In this document: positions 50,193-60,215 of the stretch, one piece after another
Layout of the letters: each line of letters opens with the position of its first letter
Numbering within the stretch: position 1 is the stretch's first letter
Program-made: the position numbers and the translations under genes
NCBI GenBank assembly: GCA_958296135.2
Contig: CATQHZ020000001.1
Coordinates: 4,192,001-4,256,000 of the forward strand
Length of the DNA stretch: 64,000 nucleotides
From: an uncultured Poribacteria bacterium
GTDB lineage: Bacteria; Poribacteria; WGA-4E; WGA-3G
Reading direction: 5' to 3'
Notes under the pieces: model-generated
Database searches by the model: none
Seen by the model: only the letters and a program-made list of their open reading frames with translations
What the model was told of the DNA's origin: nothing

Positions 50193-50963
50193 ATGGAGAA
50201 AATGCAACGCCTTTGCCTCCTTTTTATCCTCACGTTTCTGCATGTCGGATGTCAGCAGGCGAAAGTGAAAGCACCTTTTACTGCTACCGTGAAAAGGGCA
50301 AAAATCGCCTATCCGCAGTGGTTTTGGGCACCGCCACCCCGTCTTCCGTTTCCGACCGCGGTGGGTTACTCGGCTGTCTCACACTTCCATCCCGACAAGG
50401 CATTAGAAAATGCAACAGAAGACGGTATTGAGAGGCTAGCGAAATCTATCCATGTTCGCATCCGCGGCGAACGGAGCACTATCAACGGCAAACTGGTGCA
50501 ACAGTTTCAGGAAGAGACTGAGACCCGGGTCAAGGAAAACGTCCGGGAGGCACATGAAATCTTGGCAATCTATCAGGAAGAAGGATTGACGATGGTGCTG
50601 GTAGGAGCAAGCACCCAATCTCGACAACTATCCGCAAGCGTTACCGAGCCCAATGCCACTGTACCCGACTGGATAGGTGAACTTCCTCGGCATCGCGGCT
50701 ATTTCTATGCGCGCGGGCAAAGCGTCCTGAAAAATCGTCCGAAAACGGCGTGGGCGCAGGCAGAATATCAAGCGCGCATCGCGCTCGCCTTGACGGTAAC
50801 CGCCAGCGTCTCGCACCTCGAAAGATCCGCGCGGGGGCAAATTGACAAAGTCACTCGGACGTGCGTAGATTTAACGTTGAGGGGAATCCAGATCGTTGCG
50901 CGGTGGTATGATGCGGCGGAGCGTATCTGCTATGTCCTTGTCCGCGTCCCAATTAACGCATAG
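50193..50963 (+). CDS. Lipoprotein with two LPP20-like repeats
   Basis: Lipobox HVGC; PQWF and PDWI...AEYQARIALA repeats. Confidence 0.7.
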   Translation: MEKMQRLCLLFILTFLHVGCQQAKVKAPFTATVKRAKIAYPQWFWAPPPRLPFPTAVGYSAVSHFHPDKALENATEDGIERLAKSIHVRIRGERSTINGKLVQQFQEETETRVKENVREAHEILAIYQEEGLTMVLVGASTQSRQLSASVTEPNATVPDWIGELPRHRGYFYARGQSVLKNRPKTAWAQAEYQARIALALTVTASVSHLERSARGQIDKVTRTCVDLTLRGIQIVARWYDAAERICYVLVRVPINA

Positions 50964-50974
50964 CAAACCACCCT

Positions 50975-51165
50975 TGTCGGCGCGCCCTCTGGTCTCAATG
51001 CTCTTCCGGTAGGAGAGACCTCTGGTCTCGATTTTTCCCTGTCGGCGTGCCCTTTGGTCTCGATTCTTGTAGGCGCGCCCTCCCGGGCCCGATACAACGC
51101 TGCGGGTAGGAGGGACCTCCCGGGCCCGATATCGCACGCATCGAGACCAGGAGGTCTCTCCTACG
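50975..51165 (+). repeat. Cluster of REP palindromes
   Basis: gtaggagagacctctggtctcga, gtaggcgcgccctcccgggcccga, gtaggagggacctcccgggcccga and an inverted copy. Confidence 0.85.
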
Positions 51166-51330
51166 GGTGGTGTTCGTCTGCACCCGAAGTCCCCGATCAA
51201 AATCGGGAGAACTGGTTTCCCTACGGAGACAAGACAAATCAACGTCATTTGGTATAAGTCAGCTGCACAGTAGCGCGGAAGCGTCTGCCTATGCGGTGTA
51301 TTAACCACTAGGTCAAAAACGAGAAACTCT

Positions 51331-53310
51331 ATGAAAACCTTTCTCATCTCACTTTTTGTCGTTTTACTTTGCGGTGCCCTCATCTTCCTCGGCACCACAG
51401 CCCTGTTCTCCCAAACCCGCCGCGGCATGAAAATCAGCGTCCGCACGAACACCGGCGAAGACATCGCCCTCTACAACGCCTCCTACGCGCTCGTCATTGG
51501 AAACGGAAATTACCGAAACGGCTGGGACCCGCTCCCCGGTGCCCTACAAGACGTGAAAGAAGTCGCCGAGGCACTCAAAACACACGGCTTCAACGTCACA
51601 CTCAAAACAGATCTCACCGCAGATGAATTTATGGACGCGTTACTGACGTTCGGGTTAGAGCACGGCGAAGACGAAAACAACCGTCTCCTCTTTTACTACG
51701 CCGGACACGGCTACACCCTGCCGCTCGCCAACGACCAGGAGCGCGGCTACCTCGTGATGATCGACGCGCCAGACCCGGACAGCGACAAACGCGGCTTTGT
51801 GCGAGCGAGCGTCAACATGGAGACGATCGTCGGGGAATCCAAGGCGATTCTCGCACGGCACGTGCTATTTCTGTTTGATTCCTGCTTCTCCGGCACCATT
51901 CTCAACGCCCGCGACCGGGTGAGACCCGAGAGCATTTCAGATAACATTCGGTACCCCGTGCGGCAATTCATCACCGCCGGCCGCGCGAACGAACCCGTGC
52001 CGGACCGGAGCGTTTTCAAGACAGCGTTCCTGGACCTCATTGAAGGCCGCGCCACCGATCCGTTCCGTGATGGTTACATTACCGGTACGGAGTTAGGAGT
52101 GTATCTGGTGAATCAGGTGCCGATATACAACCCGGCACAACATCCACAACACGGCAAAATCCGAGATCCGAAGTTAGATAAAGGCGATTTTGTGTTTGTG
52201 CTACCGCGGCGAAACACTGCCGAACTGCCTACCCTCGCAACCTTGAGCGTGACGAGCACGCCGAGCGGCGCGACCGTCTACGTTGCCGGTACCGCTATCG
52301 GCAAAACGCCCTTACGCGCCTATGCAATTGACACGGGGGTGCGGCGCGAGAAGCAGGTAGACATCGGCTTAGAACTTGCCGGTTACAAAAGCCGTGTGAA
52401 AAGCGTTACATTGACAGGTGGACAAACCCTCCCCTGGGATGTCCCCTTGGAACCTATGATTGCGCCGACGATTATTGGACAAGATGGCGCGGAGATGGTG
52501 CTGATTCCCGCCGGCGACTTTCAGATGGGCAGCAACGACAGCGAGGCAGAAGACTATGAAAAACCGGTGCATACCGTCTACGTGGATGCGTTCTACATGG
52601 ATAAATACGAAGTGACGAATGCGCAGTTCAAGGCGTTTGTCGATGCCAACCCGCAGTGGCAGAAGGACAAAATCCCTGACAAATACCACGATGGAAACTA
52701 TTTGGGTCACTGGGATGATAGTACTCTCAAGAGTTTCTTGGGGGAAGGGAACCAGCCAGTGGTGTATGTGAGTTGGTATGCGGCGATGGCGTATGCACAG
52801 TGGGCCGGCAAACGGCTGCCGACAGAGGCGGAGTGGGAGAAAGCCGCCCGCGGCGGGTTAGTGGGCCAGAAATATCCCTGGGGCAATCGTCCGCCGGATG
52901 GCACACAGTGTAACTTCGCTGATATCCACCTAGCCAACTTGAATTTCGAGGGGCTAGATTGGGCAGATGAAAGTGTGGACGATGGTTCCGCGCTGACTGC
53001 CCCTATCGGCCGTTATCCGGTCAACGGCTACGGCCTACATGACATGGCTGGCAATGTGTGGGAGTGGTGTCTTGATGAATATGATGAGACTTTCTATAGG
53101 CGTTCGCCGCGTCGGAATCCGCTCGCGGGGGAGATGCCCCGAAGGGAAGTGATTACTAATTACAGAAACGTTACAACCTCCCGCGTGTTGCGGGGTGGCA
53201 GTTGGTACAATACCGCGCAGAACCTGCGCGTCGCCAATCGCCTCAGCAATACGCCCTCGTACACGTTCAACGGCATCGGTTTTCGTTGTGCGAGGGCTGT
53301 TACCCCTTAG
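51331..53310 (+). CDS. Caspase-like (C14) peptidase - PEGA - FGE-sulfatase (CLec) protein; putative DGR target 1
   Basis: N-terminal hydrophobic signal; YYAGHG and FDSCFSG (His/Cys dyad); VTSTPSGA PEGA; FQMGS, RLPTEAEWE, GNVWEW, RGGSW...GFRC. Confidence 0.92.
   Translation: MKTFLISLFVVLLCGALIFLGTTALFSQTRRGMKISVRTNTGEDIALYNASYALVIGNGNYRNGWDPLPGALQDVKEVAEALKTHGFNVTLKTDLTADEFMDALLTFGLEHGEDENNRLLFYYAGHGYTLPLANDQERGYLVMIDAPDPDSDKRGFVRASVNMETIVGESKAILARHVLFLFDSCFSGTILNARDRVRPESISDNIRYPVRQFITAGRANEPVPDRSVFKTAFLDLIEGRATDPFRDGYITGTELGVYLVNQVPIYNPAQHPQHGKIRDPKLDKGDFVFVLPRRNTAELPTLATLSVTSTPSGATVYVAGTAIGKTPLRAYAIDTGVRREKQVDIGLELAGYKSRVKSVTLTGGQTLPWDVPLEPMIAPTIIGQDGAEMVLIPAGDFQMGSNDSEAEDYEKPVHTVYVDAFYMDKYEVTNAQFKAFVDANPQWQKDKIPDKYHDGNYLGHWDDSTLKSFLGEGNQPVVYVSWYAAMAYAQWAGKRLPTEAEWEKAARGGLVGQKYPWGNRPPDGTQCNFADIHLANLNFEGLDWADESVDDGSALTAPIGRYPVNGYGLHDMAGNVWEWCLDEYDETFYRRSPRRNPLAGEMPRREVITNYRNVTTSRVLRGGSWYNTAQNLRVANRLSNTPSYTFNGIGFRCARAVTP
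53182..53310 (+). other. Putative DGR variable region 1 with IMH-like 3' end
   Basis: Differs from the paralogue almost only at codon positions 1-2 of NNC/NNT codons; invariant GGTTTTCGTTGTGCGAGGGCTGTTAC 3' end. Confidence 0.75.
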
Positions 53311-53330
53311 TCCTTTACCTCTTTACCCCT

Positions 53331-53353
53331 TCTGATCTGCCTTGCAGATCAGA
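53331..53353 (+). promoter_or_regulatory. Hairpin/cruciform downstream of the putative VR
   Basis: TCTGATCTGC-CTT-GCAGATCAGA, 10-bp perfect stem 20 nt after the stop, no U-tract. Confidence 0.6.
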
Positions 53354-53466
53354 CCGGTATGGAGGGGGTACTTAATAAGACCTAACGGCCGGCCCGGCAC
53401 CTATTTTTCTGCGATAACCCCGCTTACTATGCGGTTTCGTCCTGCGAAGTTTTTTTAAGGATTGCT

Positions 53467-55095
53467 ATGAAAACCACGCGCCTCTCTCTATTTCTCATAT
53501 TCCTCATCTCCCTCACAACAACCGCGCACGCCGCCAAACCGGATTGGGTCAGCAATTTCGGCGTGTCCAAAAGGCATCCAGCACACAGTTATCTCGTCGG
53601 GTTCGGGAGCGCGCGGGGGAACGGTGCCGAATCACGCCAGATCGCCGCAGATAACGCACGCGCAGAGGTGTCTCGCCACATTGTCACAAATATCAAAAGC
53701 GTGATTTCCACGGGCGAGGCAGAGACAAGGCACGGTGTCTCCGAACATTTCAGCGCAACCACTCAAAGTTCCACTGCACTGCAACTGATGGGACTTTCGC
53801 TTGAGCACTACGCTGACCAGCATGCCACGTATGTCCTGGCATGGATTTCCCGCGCCGAGCTCAAGCGGCTCTATACGCAACGTGCCGTGGAGTTCCGCGA
53901 GAAAATCCGGCGGATCATAGCGGATGCCCACGCCGCAGAAAACGACGAAAAGCCCTCCCTTGCCGTGGAGAAATACCTGAGCACCGCGCCGCTCTACGAA
54001 GCGTTGAAAGAGGCGGAGACCATCTTGACGGTGGCAAAACTCTCCAGTAGGCGCGATTTGCAACTTGCAAGCGATGCCTTCGCCGAATTAGAAAAAGCCA
54101 CAAAGGGCGATTCCGGCGTGGGAGATACCCCCCTGATGTCGCACACCGAGGTGATGAACCGCGTCGAGAAACTTGTCTCAACCGCCGCAATCACTTCCGT
54201 TGATGACATCGCGCGGGCTGTCGTCTTTCAACTCTCAAAACAGATGAGTCACCTCACAGGCAAAGTGTTGCTGGTAGCCCCTACCTATCAGGATACGCAG
54301 ATGAATAGCCGTTTTTCGCGTGAATTCCGCGCCGCGCTGGAGACACAATTCGGACAAATCGGCAAGTGGCATACCGTGACTGAAAAGCATCGTTCCCGCG
54401 GAAACGTTCGTCCCCGTTCCGCGCAATTGATGCGCGATTGGACCAGAAGTGCGGGCGCGACGTTGCTGCTCTCCGGCACCTATTGGGAAAGCAGCGATGC
54501 AATCACCCTCCGGACGACGCTGCGCGATGTGAATACCGGTGCAGTCAAGGCAGGCACCGCAGTCACCTTCTCGCGTCTTACGGATATGGACTTCAAACCG
54601 CAAAATTGGCAGTCTGCCCTCATATCACAAAAAGCGTTCGCCGAAGGCGAATTCGTCAGTGGCGCGCTGCGGGTGGAAGTCTGGACAAACAGGCCGAGTG
54701 AGCATCCGCTTTATACCGAAGGCGAGACGATGACAGTCTCTGTCCGCGTCAATCAAGAGGCTTACATCCGCCTCCTCTATATCCTTGCCGATGGCCGGTA
54801 CACGCTCCTCTACGATAACTACTACATTGACGGGTCGAAGGTTAATCGCGTCGTTGAGATTCCGGAAGAGTTTGAGTGTGCAGAGCCGTTTGGCGCAGAA
54901 TTGCTTATCGTCGCGGCGCGCACCGATAAGTTCCCTGCCATCGATACCTACGAAAGCGATGGGTATTCATTCTTGAAGGCAGAAGATGCCGAACAAGCAG
55001 CTCGCGCTTTTCGCGGCATGAAAAAGAAGCAGCAACGTCCCGAGGCCCAACAGAGTGAAGCGCGCCTTGTGATTACAACCCTCAGCAAAAAGTAG
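53467..55095 (+). CDS. Secreted protein with an LPP20-like N-terminus and C-terminal DUF4384-like domain
   Basis: Signal peptide AHA-AKPDWV; A..NARAEVS; C-terminal VEVWTNR...Y.EGE...YIRLLYI...PFGAE. Confidence 0.7.
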   Translation: MKTTRLSLFLIFLISLTTTAHAAKPDWVSNFGVSKRHPAHSYLVGFGSARGNGAESRQIAADNARAEVSRHIVTNIKSVISTGEAETRHGVSEHFSATTQSSTALQLMGLSLEHYADQHATYVLAWISRAELKRLYTQRAVEFREKIRRIIADAHAAENDEKPSLAVEKYLSTAPLYEALKEAETILTVAKLSSRRDLQLASDAFAELEKATKGDSGVGDTPLMSHTEVMNRVEKLVSTAAITSVDDIARAVVFQLSKQMSHLTGKVLLVAPTYQDTQMNSRFSREFRAALETQFGQIGKWHTVTEKHRSRGNVRPRSAQLMRDWTRSAGATLLLSGTYWESSDAITLRTTLRDVNTGAVKAGTAVTFSRLTDMDFKPQNWQSALISQKAFAEGEFVSGALRVEVWTNRPSEHPLYTEGETMTVSVRVNQEAYIRLLYILADGRYTLLYDNYYIDGSKVNRVVEIPEEFECAEPFGAELLIVAARTDKFPAIDTYESDGYSFLKAEDAEQAARAFRGMKKKQQRPEAQQSEARLVITTLSKK

Positions 55096-55197
55096 AAAAC
55101 GCCGAACAACCACAGCGCGAGGGCCTGTCTCTCACGATCGTCCCTCAAGACAAAAACTGAAGGAAAAAACACAACGTTCATCCGGTATCGAAAAACC

Positions 55198-55226
55198 TTG
55201 CTTTTTAACACGCAACATGCTAGAAT
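55198..55226 (+). promoter_or_regulatory. Sigma70 promoter with a very short leader
   Basis: TTGCTT-17 nt-TAGAAT; ATG 10 nt after the -10 box; near copy at 57470-57498. Confidence 0.6.
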
Positions 55227-55236
55227 ACACGTCATC

Positions 55237-57381
55237 ATGAAGCCCTTCTTCATCTCTCTCATTATCATAGCCCTCTGTAGTGCCGCGATTTTCATCGGCG
55301 CGCCAGACCTGTTCCCCCAAACCCGCCGCGGCATGAAAATCACCGTCCGCACAAACACGGGCAAAGAAATCGAACTCTACAACGCCTCCTACGCGCTCGT
55401 CGTCGGAAACGGCAATTACACAAACGGCTGGGACCCGCTCCCCGGCGCAACTCGCGACGTGCAGGAAGTTGCAGCGGCTCTCAAAACACACGGCTTCAAC
55501 GTCACACTCAAAACCGACTTGACAAAGAACAGGTTTGAGGATGCGTTTGAGACGTTCGTCCAGAACGGAAAGAACAAGGATGCCCGACTCCTTTTCTACT
55601 ACGCGGGACACGGTTACACCGAGGAACTCGCCGATGGCGAAAACCTTGGATACCTCGTCATGGTAGACGCACCTTTGCCAAAAAGCGGCGGCATCGACGG
55701 TAGCAAAAGTGTGGACATGGAATCGCTGGTGACACAATCACGGCGGATGCAGTCACGGCATGTGCTGTTTGTGTTTGACAGTTGTTTCTCTGGCACGATT
55801 CTCAATACGCGCAGCCAGATTCTGCCGCCTTATGTCTCAAACAACGTCAAATATCCCGTGCGACAATTTATCACCGCCGGCCGCGCGGATGAAACCGTGC
55901 CGGATCACAGCGTTTTTAAGCAGGCGTTTCTGAACCTCCTTGAGGGCCGCGCGCCTGAACCTATTAAGGACGGTTACGTTACCGGCGAGGAGTTAGGGCT
56001 CTATCTAAAAACCGAAGTCCCGAAATATAACCGCGGGCAAAACCCGCAATATGGCAAAATCAACAACCCGAAACTGAACCAGGGCGATTTTGTGTTTGTG
56101 CTGCCCCAGGAGGCTCCACCACCCCCCGGCGAAGTCTTATCCACAACAGCAACGTTAAACGTAACAAGCACGCCCAGCGGCGCGACGCTCTATCTTGATG
56201 GAATCGTCATCGGGAAAACGCCGCTGCGCGGCCATCAGATTGACACGGGGGTGCGACGCGTCAAAAAGGTTCAGGGCCGCTTGGAATACGATGGTTACAA
56301 AAGTCGAACAACAACCTTGACACTGAAGGGTGGGCAAAGTGTGCCTTGGAGGGTTCGGTTAGAAAAGTTTGCCACCATCGCAACCTTGCAGGTAACCAGC
56401 ACACCGAGCGGGGCGAGTGTCTATATTGACGGGGCCGCCGTTGGGAACACACCGTTACGCGGCCATGAGGTTGACACGGGAACAAAGCGAGAAAAGCGGG
56501 TAGAACTTGGCATAGAACTTTCCGGTTACAAAAGCCAAGTGAGAGGTGTAACGCTGAAGGGAGGACAAGCGGTGCCGTGGGATGTCCAATTGGAAAAACA
56601 GGCAACTCCTCTGCAAGGCGCGCACACATCAACGATTATTGGGAAAGATGGCGCGGAGATGGTGCTGATTCCCGCCGGCGACTTCCAAATGGGCAGCAAC
56701 GACAGCGAGGCAGACGACGATGAAAAACCGGTGCATACCGTCTATGTGGACGCGTTCTACATGGATAAATACGAGGTGACGCATGCGCAGTTCAAGGCGT
56801 TTGTCGATGCCAACCCACAGTGGCGGAAAGACCGGCTCCCTGACAAATACCATGATGGAGACTACCTGTCTGAGACAGGGAACAGTTGGGAAGGCAACTA
56901 TCCGGTGGTGTCTGTGAGTTGGTATGCGGCGATGGCGTATGCGCAGTGGGCCGGCAAACGGCTGCCGACAGAGGCGGAGTGGGAGAAAGCGGCGCGCGGT
57001 GGCTTGGTAGGCAAGAAATACCCGTGGGGGAATACAAAGGCAAACTACAGCATGGGTGGTCGCTACACCAAGCCGGTTGGCCGTTATACACCGAATGGTT
57101 ACGGTTTATACGACATGGCTGGTAACGTGCAGGAGTGGTGTCTGGATGCGTATGATAGCGATTTCTATAGGCGTTCGCCGCGTCGGAATCCGCTCGCGGG
57201 GGAGATGACCCGAAGGGAAGTGATTACTAATTACAGAAACGTTACAACCTCCCGCGTGTGGCGGGGTGGCGGTTGGGCCAATCCCGCGCTGTACCTGCGC
57301 GTCGCCGATCGCGACGACGGTGCGCCGCCGGACGCGAACGGCTACGTCGGTTTTCGTTGTGCGAGGGCTGTTACACCTTAG
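55237..57381 (+). CDS. Caspase-like (C14) peptidase - 2x PEGA - FGE-sulfatase (CLec) protein; putative DGR target 2
   Basis: Paralogue of 51331-53310; YYAGHG and FDSCFSG; two VTSTPSGA repeats; start MKPFFI at 55237. Confidence 0.92.
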   Translation: MKPFFISLIIIALCSAAIFIGAPDLFPQTRRGMKITVRTNTGKEIELYNASYALVVGNGNYTNGWDPLPGATRDVQEVAAALKTHGFNVTLKTDLTKNRFEDAFETFVQNGKNKDARLLFYYAGHGYTEELADGENLGYLVMVDAPLPKSGGIDGSKSVDMESLVTQSRRMQSRHVLFVFDSCFSGTILNTRSQILPPYVSNNVKYPVRQFITAGRADETVPDHSVFKQAFLNLLEGRAPEPIKDGYVTGEELGLYLKTEVPKYNRGQNPQYGKINNPKLNQGDFVFVLPQEAPPPPGEVLSTTATLNVTSTPSGATLYLDGIVIGKTPLRGHQIDTGVRRVKKVQGRLEYDGYKSRTTTLTLKGGQSVPWRVRLEKFATIATLQVTSTPSGASVYIDGAAVGNTPLRGHEVDTGTKREKRVELGIELSGYKSQVRGVTLKGGQAVPWDVQLEKQATPLQGAHTSTIIGKDGAEMVLIPAGDFQMGSNDSEADDDEKPVHTVYVDAFYMDKYEVTHAQFKAFVDANPQWRKDRLPDKYHDGDYLSETGNSWEGNYPVVSVSWYAAMAYAQWAGKRLPTEAEWEKAARGGLVGKKYPWGNTKANYSMGGRYTKPVGRYTPNGYGLYDMAGNVQEWCLDAYDSDFYRRSPRRNPLAGEMTRREVITNYRNVTTSRVWRGGGWANPALYLRVADRDDGAPPDANGYVGFRCARAVTP
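57253..57381 (+). other. Putative DGR variable region 2
   Basis: Gap-free alignment to VR1 with 26 substitutions in 30 codons, 25 of them at codon positions 1-2. Confidence 0.75.
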
Positions 57382-57469
57382 TCCCTTACTCCTTTACCCC
57401 TTCTGATTTGCTGTGCAGGTAGTGGCATGACATACAATGGCATTTCCAAAATCGGAGATGAAAATGCCC

Positions 57470-57498
57470 TTGCTTTTTAACGCACAACATGTTAAACT
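57470..57498 (+). promoter_or_regulatory. Sigma70 promoter, near copy of 55198-55226
   Basis: TTGCTT-17 nt-TAAACT. Confidence 0.55.
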
Positions 57499-57532
57499 TT
57501 CCTCATCACAACACAATAACGGAGTCAACCTT

Positions 57533-59797
57533 ATGTCCCCAAAAACCCTATCCCTCATCGTCACCTTCACCTTAATCGCGATGGTATCGCCAGGCCCAAC
57601 TCCTGCCGCGCCAGACGCGGACTATTTCAACCACATCACCCTCTTTTCAGATGGCAGAATCACGCGCTTCACGGAAATGCCCATCCGTGTCTACATCTCA
57701 CCCATCCTCAAGGAGAGCCCCTATCTCGCCGAACTCCGCTACGCGATGAACGAATGGGAAACCGCCGCCCCCGAAACCATCCGTTTTGAAGAAACAGCGG
57801 TGCCAGAACAGGCTGACATCCGCGTCAGCTGGGGACACAGCAGCCTCATGGACATTCAGGATACGCGGCTCGGAAGCGCGGAATTGACGCGCTTGAACGC
57901 CGCGCAAGGGTTTAAGGTGGAGGTTATCCTGATGCTGGAGGGAAATGGCACTATTGGGGAACTGTCGCAGGAAGAAATGCGCACAGTCTGTCTGCACGAA
58001 TTCGGACACGCTATCGGGCTCTGGGGACACAGCCCCCACCCCGCCGATATCAACTACCCCACGGCGACAGCGCAGCATCCTACCGGGCGCGACATCGCAA
58101 CCTTGCTGAAACTTTACGCCACGCCGCTCGATACGCCTCAGCACGACATCGCAATAGAGCTGTTGAAAGCGGAGGTTGCGCGGAAACCGAGAAATCTGCG
58201 GGAACACTATCTGCTAGGCGCAGTCTATTTTGATAAAGGCGATATGGCAGCGGCGATTGATTGTTTCCAGACGTGTCGCAAACTTGATGCCAACTTTCAA
58301 CCGGCGATAGAGAGACTCCTGCAGGCATACCAAGAGACAGGACAGGCACCGGCGGCGATTACGTTGCTTGAAAAACGCATCTCGCAAAAGCCGTCGCCGG
58401 CCGGCTATAACACCCTCGGCATTTTCTATTACGGGCAAAAAGAGAACGAGCGCGCAATGCGTGCGTTTGAGAACGCGTTAGAGATGGCACCGCATCATAA
58501 AGCCGCAAGGCGGAACCTGCATCAACTCCTCCGAGAAAAAGCGTTCAGTGCACTGGCTGACAAAAATTTCGCGGCGGCGACAGCGGCGTTTGAGAAGGCG
58601 CTGCGGATTAAGCCGCTTGATACCACCACGTATCACCTGATGGGAAACGGCTACGCGCAAGTCGGCGAGTTTGAGAAGGCAATTGCGTATTATGAGAAGG
58701 CACGAGAAATGAACCCTATTGACGCAGTCATGCGCCGAGATCTGGCGCAATGCTACAACAACTACGGTGTCGCCTTGAGAAACCGAAAGCAATGGGACGC
58801 GGCAATTCGTGCTTATCGGAATGCCTTGAACGTCATGCCAACGTTCGGGCTCGCGCGCTCAAACCTCATCGATGCGTTATGGCAAAAGGGGCGTGCCTAT
58901 CGGGAAGCGGGGGAATTGGACACGGCGATTAACGCGTATCAAGAGGTGTTGAAGCTCCAGCCGAACGATATGCAGGGACGCAGCCTACTTGGCGAACTCT
59001 ATCTCAAAAAAGGGGACTATACAGCGGCACTAGCAGCATTTCGCCAGGTTTACACCGCGATGCCGAACGCCGAATGGGTGCAACACAACCTCATCGCCGC
59101 CTATCATCACGCCGCCCGAAGTTGCATCCAGCAGGAACGTTACGATGTGGCCATTCAACACCTTACGGCGGCACTCCGCATCGTTCCAACAGACCTGAAC
59201 CTCCGTTTAAGTCTCGTGCATGCGTATCAGGGCGCAGGCGATGACAAACGTGCCGACGCAGAACTCTCGCGCGTTCTCGCGCAAGAACCGCATAATCCTC
59301 AGGCGAAAGCGGCACTGATGAACCTGCACATCCGACGCGGCAACAAACTGATGCAGCAACGGAACTACGCCGCCGCCCTCAACGAATTTGAGGCGATTCT
59401 CGAAGACGACAGAGACATTCATATTGACAATACCATCGCCTATCTCTATCTGATGCAGGGAGAGTTTATGAAAGCATTGACAGGGTTTGAGAAGGTTTTT
59501 CAGCGCGACCGGCTCAATATGCCCGCGTTTCGGAATCTGCTATCGCTTGAATCGCAACTCGTGCGGCGGTCTGACAAATCGAAGGCAGACACCTTGGTCC
59601 GCGTGCGGTGTGCAGTCGCAATCTGTTTGATGCACCGGAAGCAGCTGGACGCAGCGATGAAAAAATATGCATTGGCGTTGAAAGGGAAACGCGAGCCTTT
59701 GCACGCGCTTCTGATTGAAACGGGTAGGGAATTAGCTCAGCACGATGCGCGCAATCGGGAAGAGATTTTGCAGTGGGTAGAAACCCTGAAGCCCTGA
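57533..59797 (+). CDS. Secreted matrixin-like (metzincin) metallopeptidase with multiple TPRs
   Basis: Signal peptide; ADIRVSW; HEFGHAIGLWGH; long TPR array; GGAG RBS before ATG 57533. Confidence 0.85.
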   Translation: MSPKTLSLIVTFTLIAMVSPGPTPAAPDADYFNHITLFSDGRITRFTEMPIRVYISPILKESPYLAELRYAMNEWETAAPETIRFEETAVPEQADIRVSWGHSSLMDIQDTRLGSAELTRLNAAQGFKVEVILMLEGNGTIGELSQEEMRTVCLHEFGHAIGLWGHSPHPADINYPTATAQHPTGRDIATLLKLYATPLDTPQHDIAIELLKAEVARKPRNLREHYLLGAVYFDKGDMAAAIDCFQTCRKLDANFQPAIERLLQAYQETGQAPAAITLLEKRISQKPSPAGYNTLGIFYYGQKENERAMRAFENALEMAPHHKAARRNLHQLLREKAFSALADKNFAAATAAFEKALRIKPLDTTTYHLMGNGYAQVGEFEKAIAYYEKAREMNPIDAVMRRDLAQCYNNYGVALRNRKQWDAAIRAYRNALNVMPTFGLARSNLIDALWQKGRAYREAGELDTAINAYQEVLKLQPNDMQGRSLLGELYLKKGDYTAALAAFRQVYTAMPNAEWVQHNLIAAYHHAARSCIQQERYDVAIQHLTAALRIVPTDLNLRLSLVHAYQGAGDDKRADAELSRVLAQEPHNPQAKAALMNLHIRRGNKLMQQRNYAAALNEFEAILEDDRDIHIDNTIAYLYLMQGEFMKALTGFEKVFQRDRLNMPAFRNLLSLESQLVRRSDKSKADTLVRVRCAVAICLMHRKQLDAAMKKYALALKGKREPLHALLIETGRELAQHDARNREEILQWVETLKP

Positions 59798-59801
59798 TAC
59801 C

Positions 59802-60167
59802 GTAGTGCGCGGGCCCGGCGAGCGCGAATCGCCGAGGGTTACCCTCACCATGCAGCCACCCTCGCTAAACCGCCCCTGATACCGTAGGGCGAGGGCCCGG
59901 CGATCACGAATCGCCGAGGGTTACCCTCGCCATGCAGCCCACCCCTTTAACCGTAGGGCGAGGGCCCGGCGATCACGAATCGCCGAGGGTTACCCTCGCG
60001 AAACCGCCGCCCTCTACCGTAGCGCGAGGGCCTGTCCCTCGCGATCTCCCGACCGTAGGGCGAGGGCAGTTCCGCCTACATGGAAGCCAGCCTGCATTGC
60101 ACCGCATAAGCAGGATGACCTCCGCCCGCGCCATGCAGCGATCGCGGGGGACAGGCCCCCGCGCTAC
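59802..60167. repeat. REP/REPIN cluster, including the left 174-bp direct repeat (59994-60167)
   Basis: Multiple gtagggcgagggcc...ccctcgc units and an inverted REP pair. Confidence 0.85.
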
Positions 60168-60215
60168 CGGCCCGGGATAATTTTCTCAACATGACTACCG
60201 AAAGGAAATCTTAAC

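Noticed and set aside
53310-57533. DGR template repeat or reverse transcriptase near the variable regions
   Set aside because: No AAC-rich non-coding copy of the VR and no RT motifs were found in the window; any cassette must be remote.
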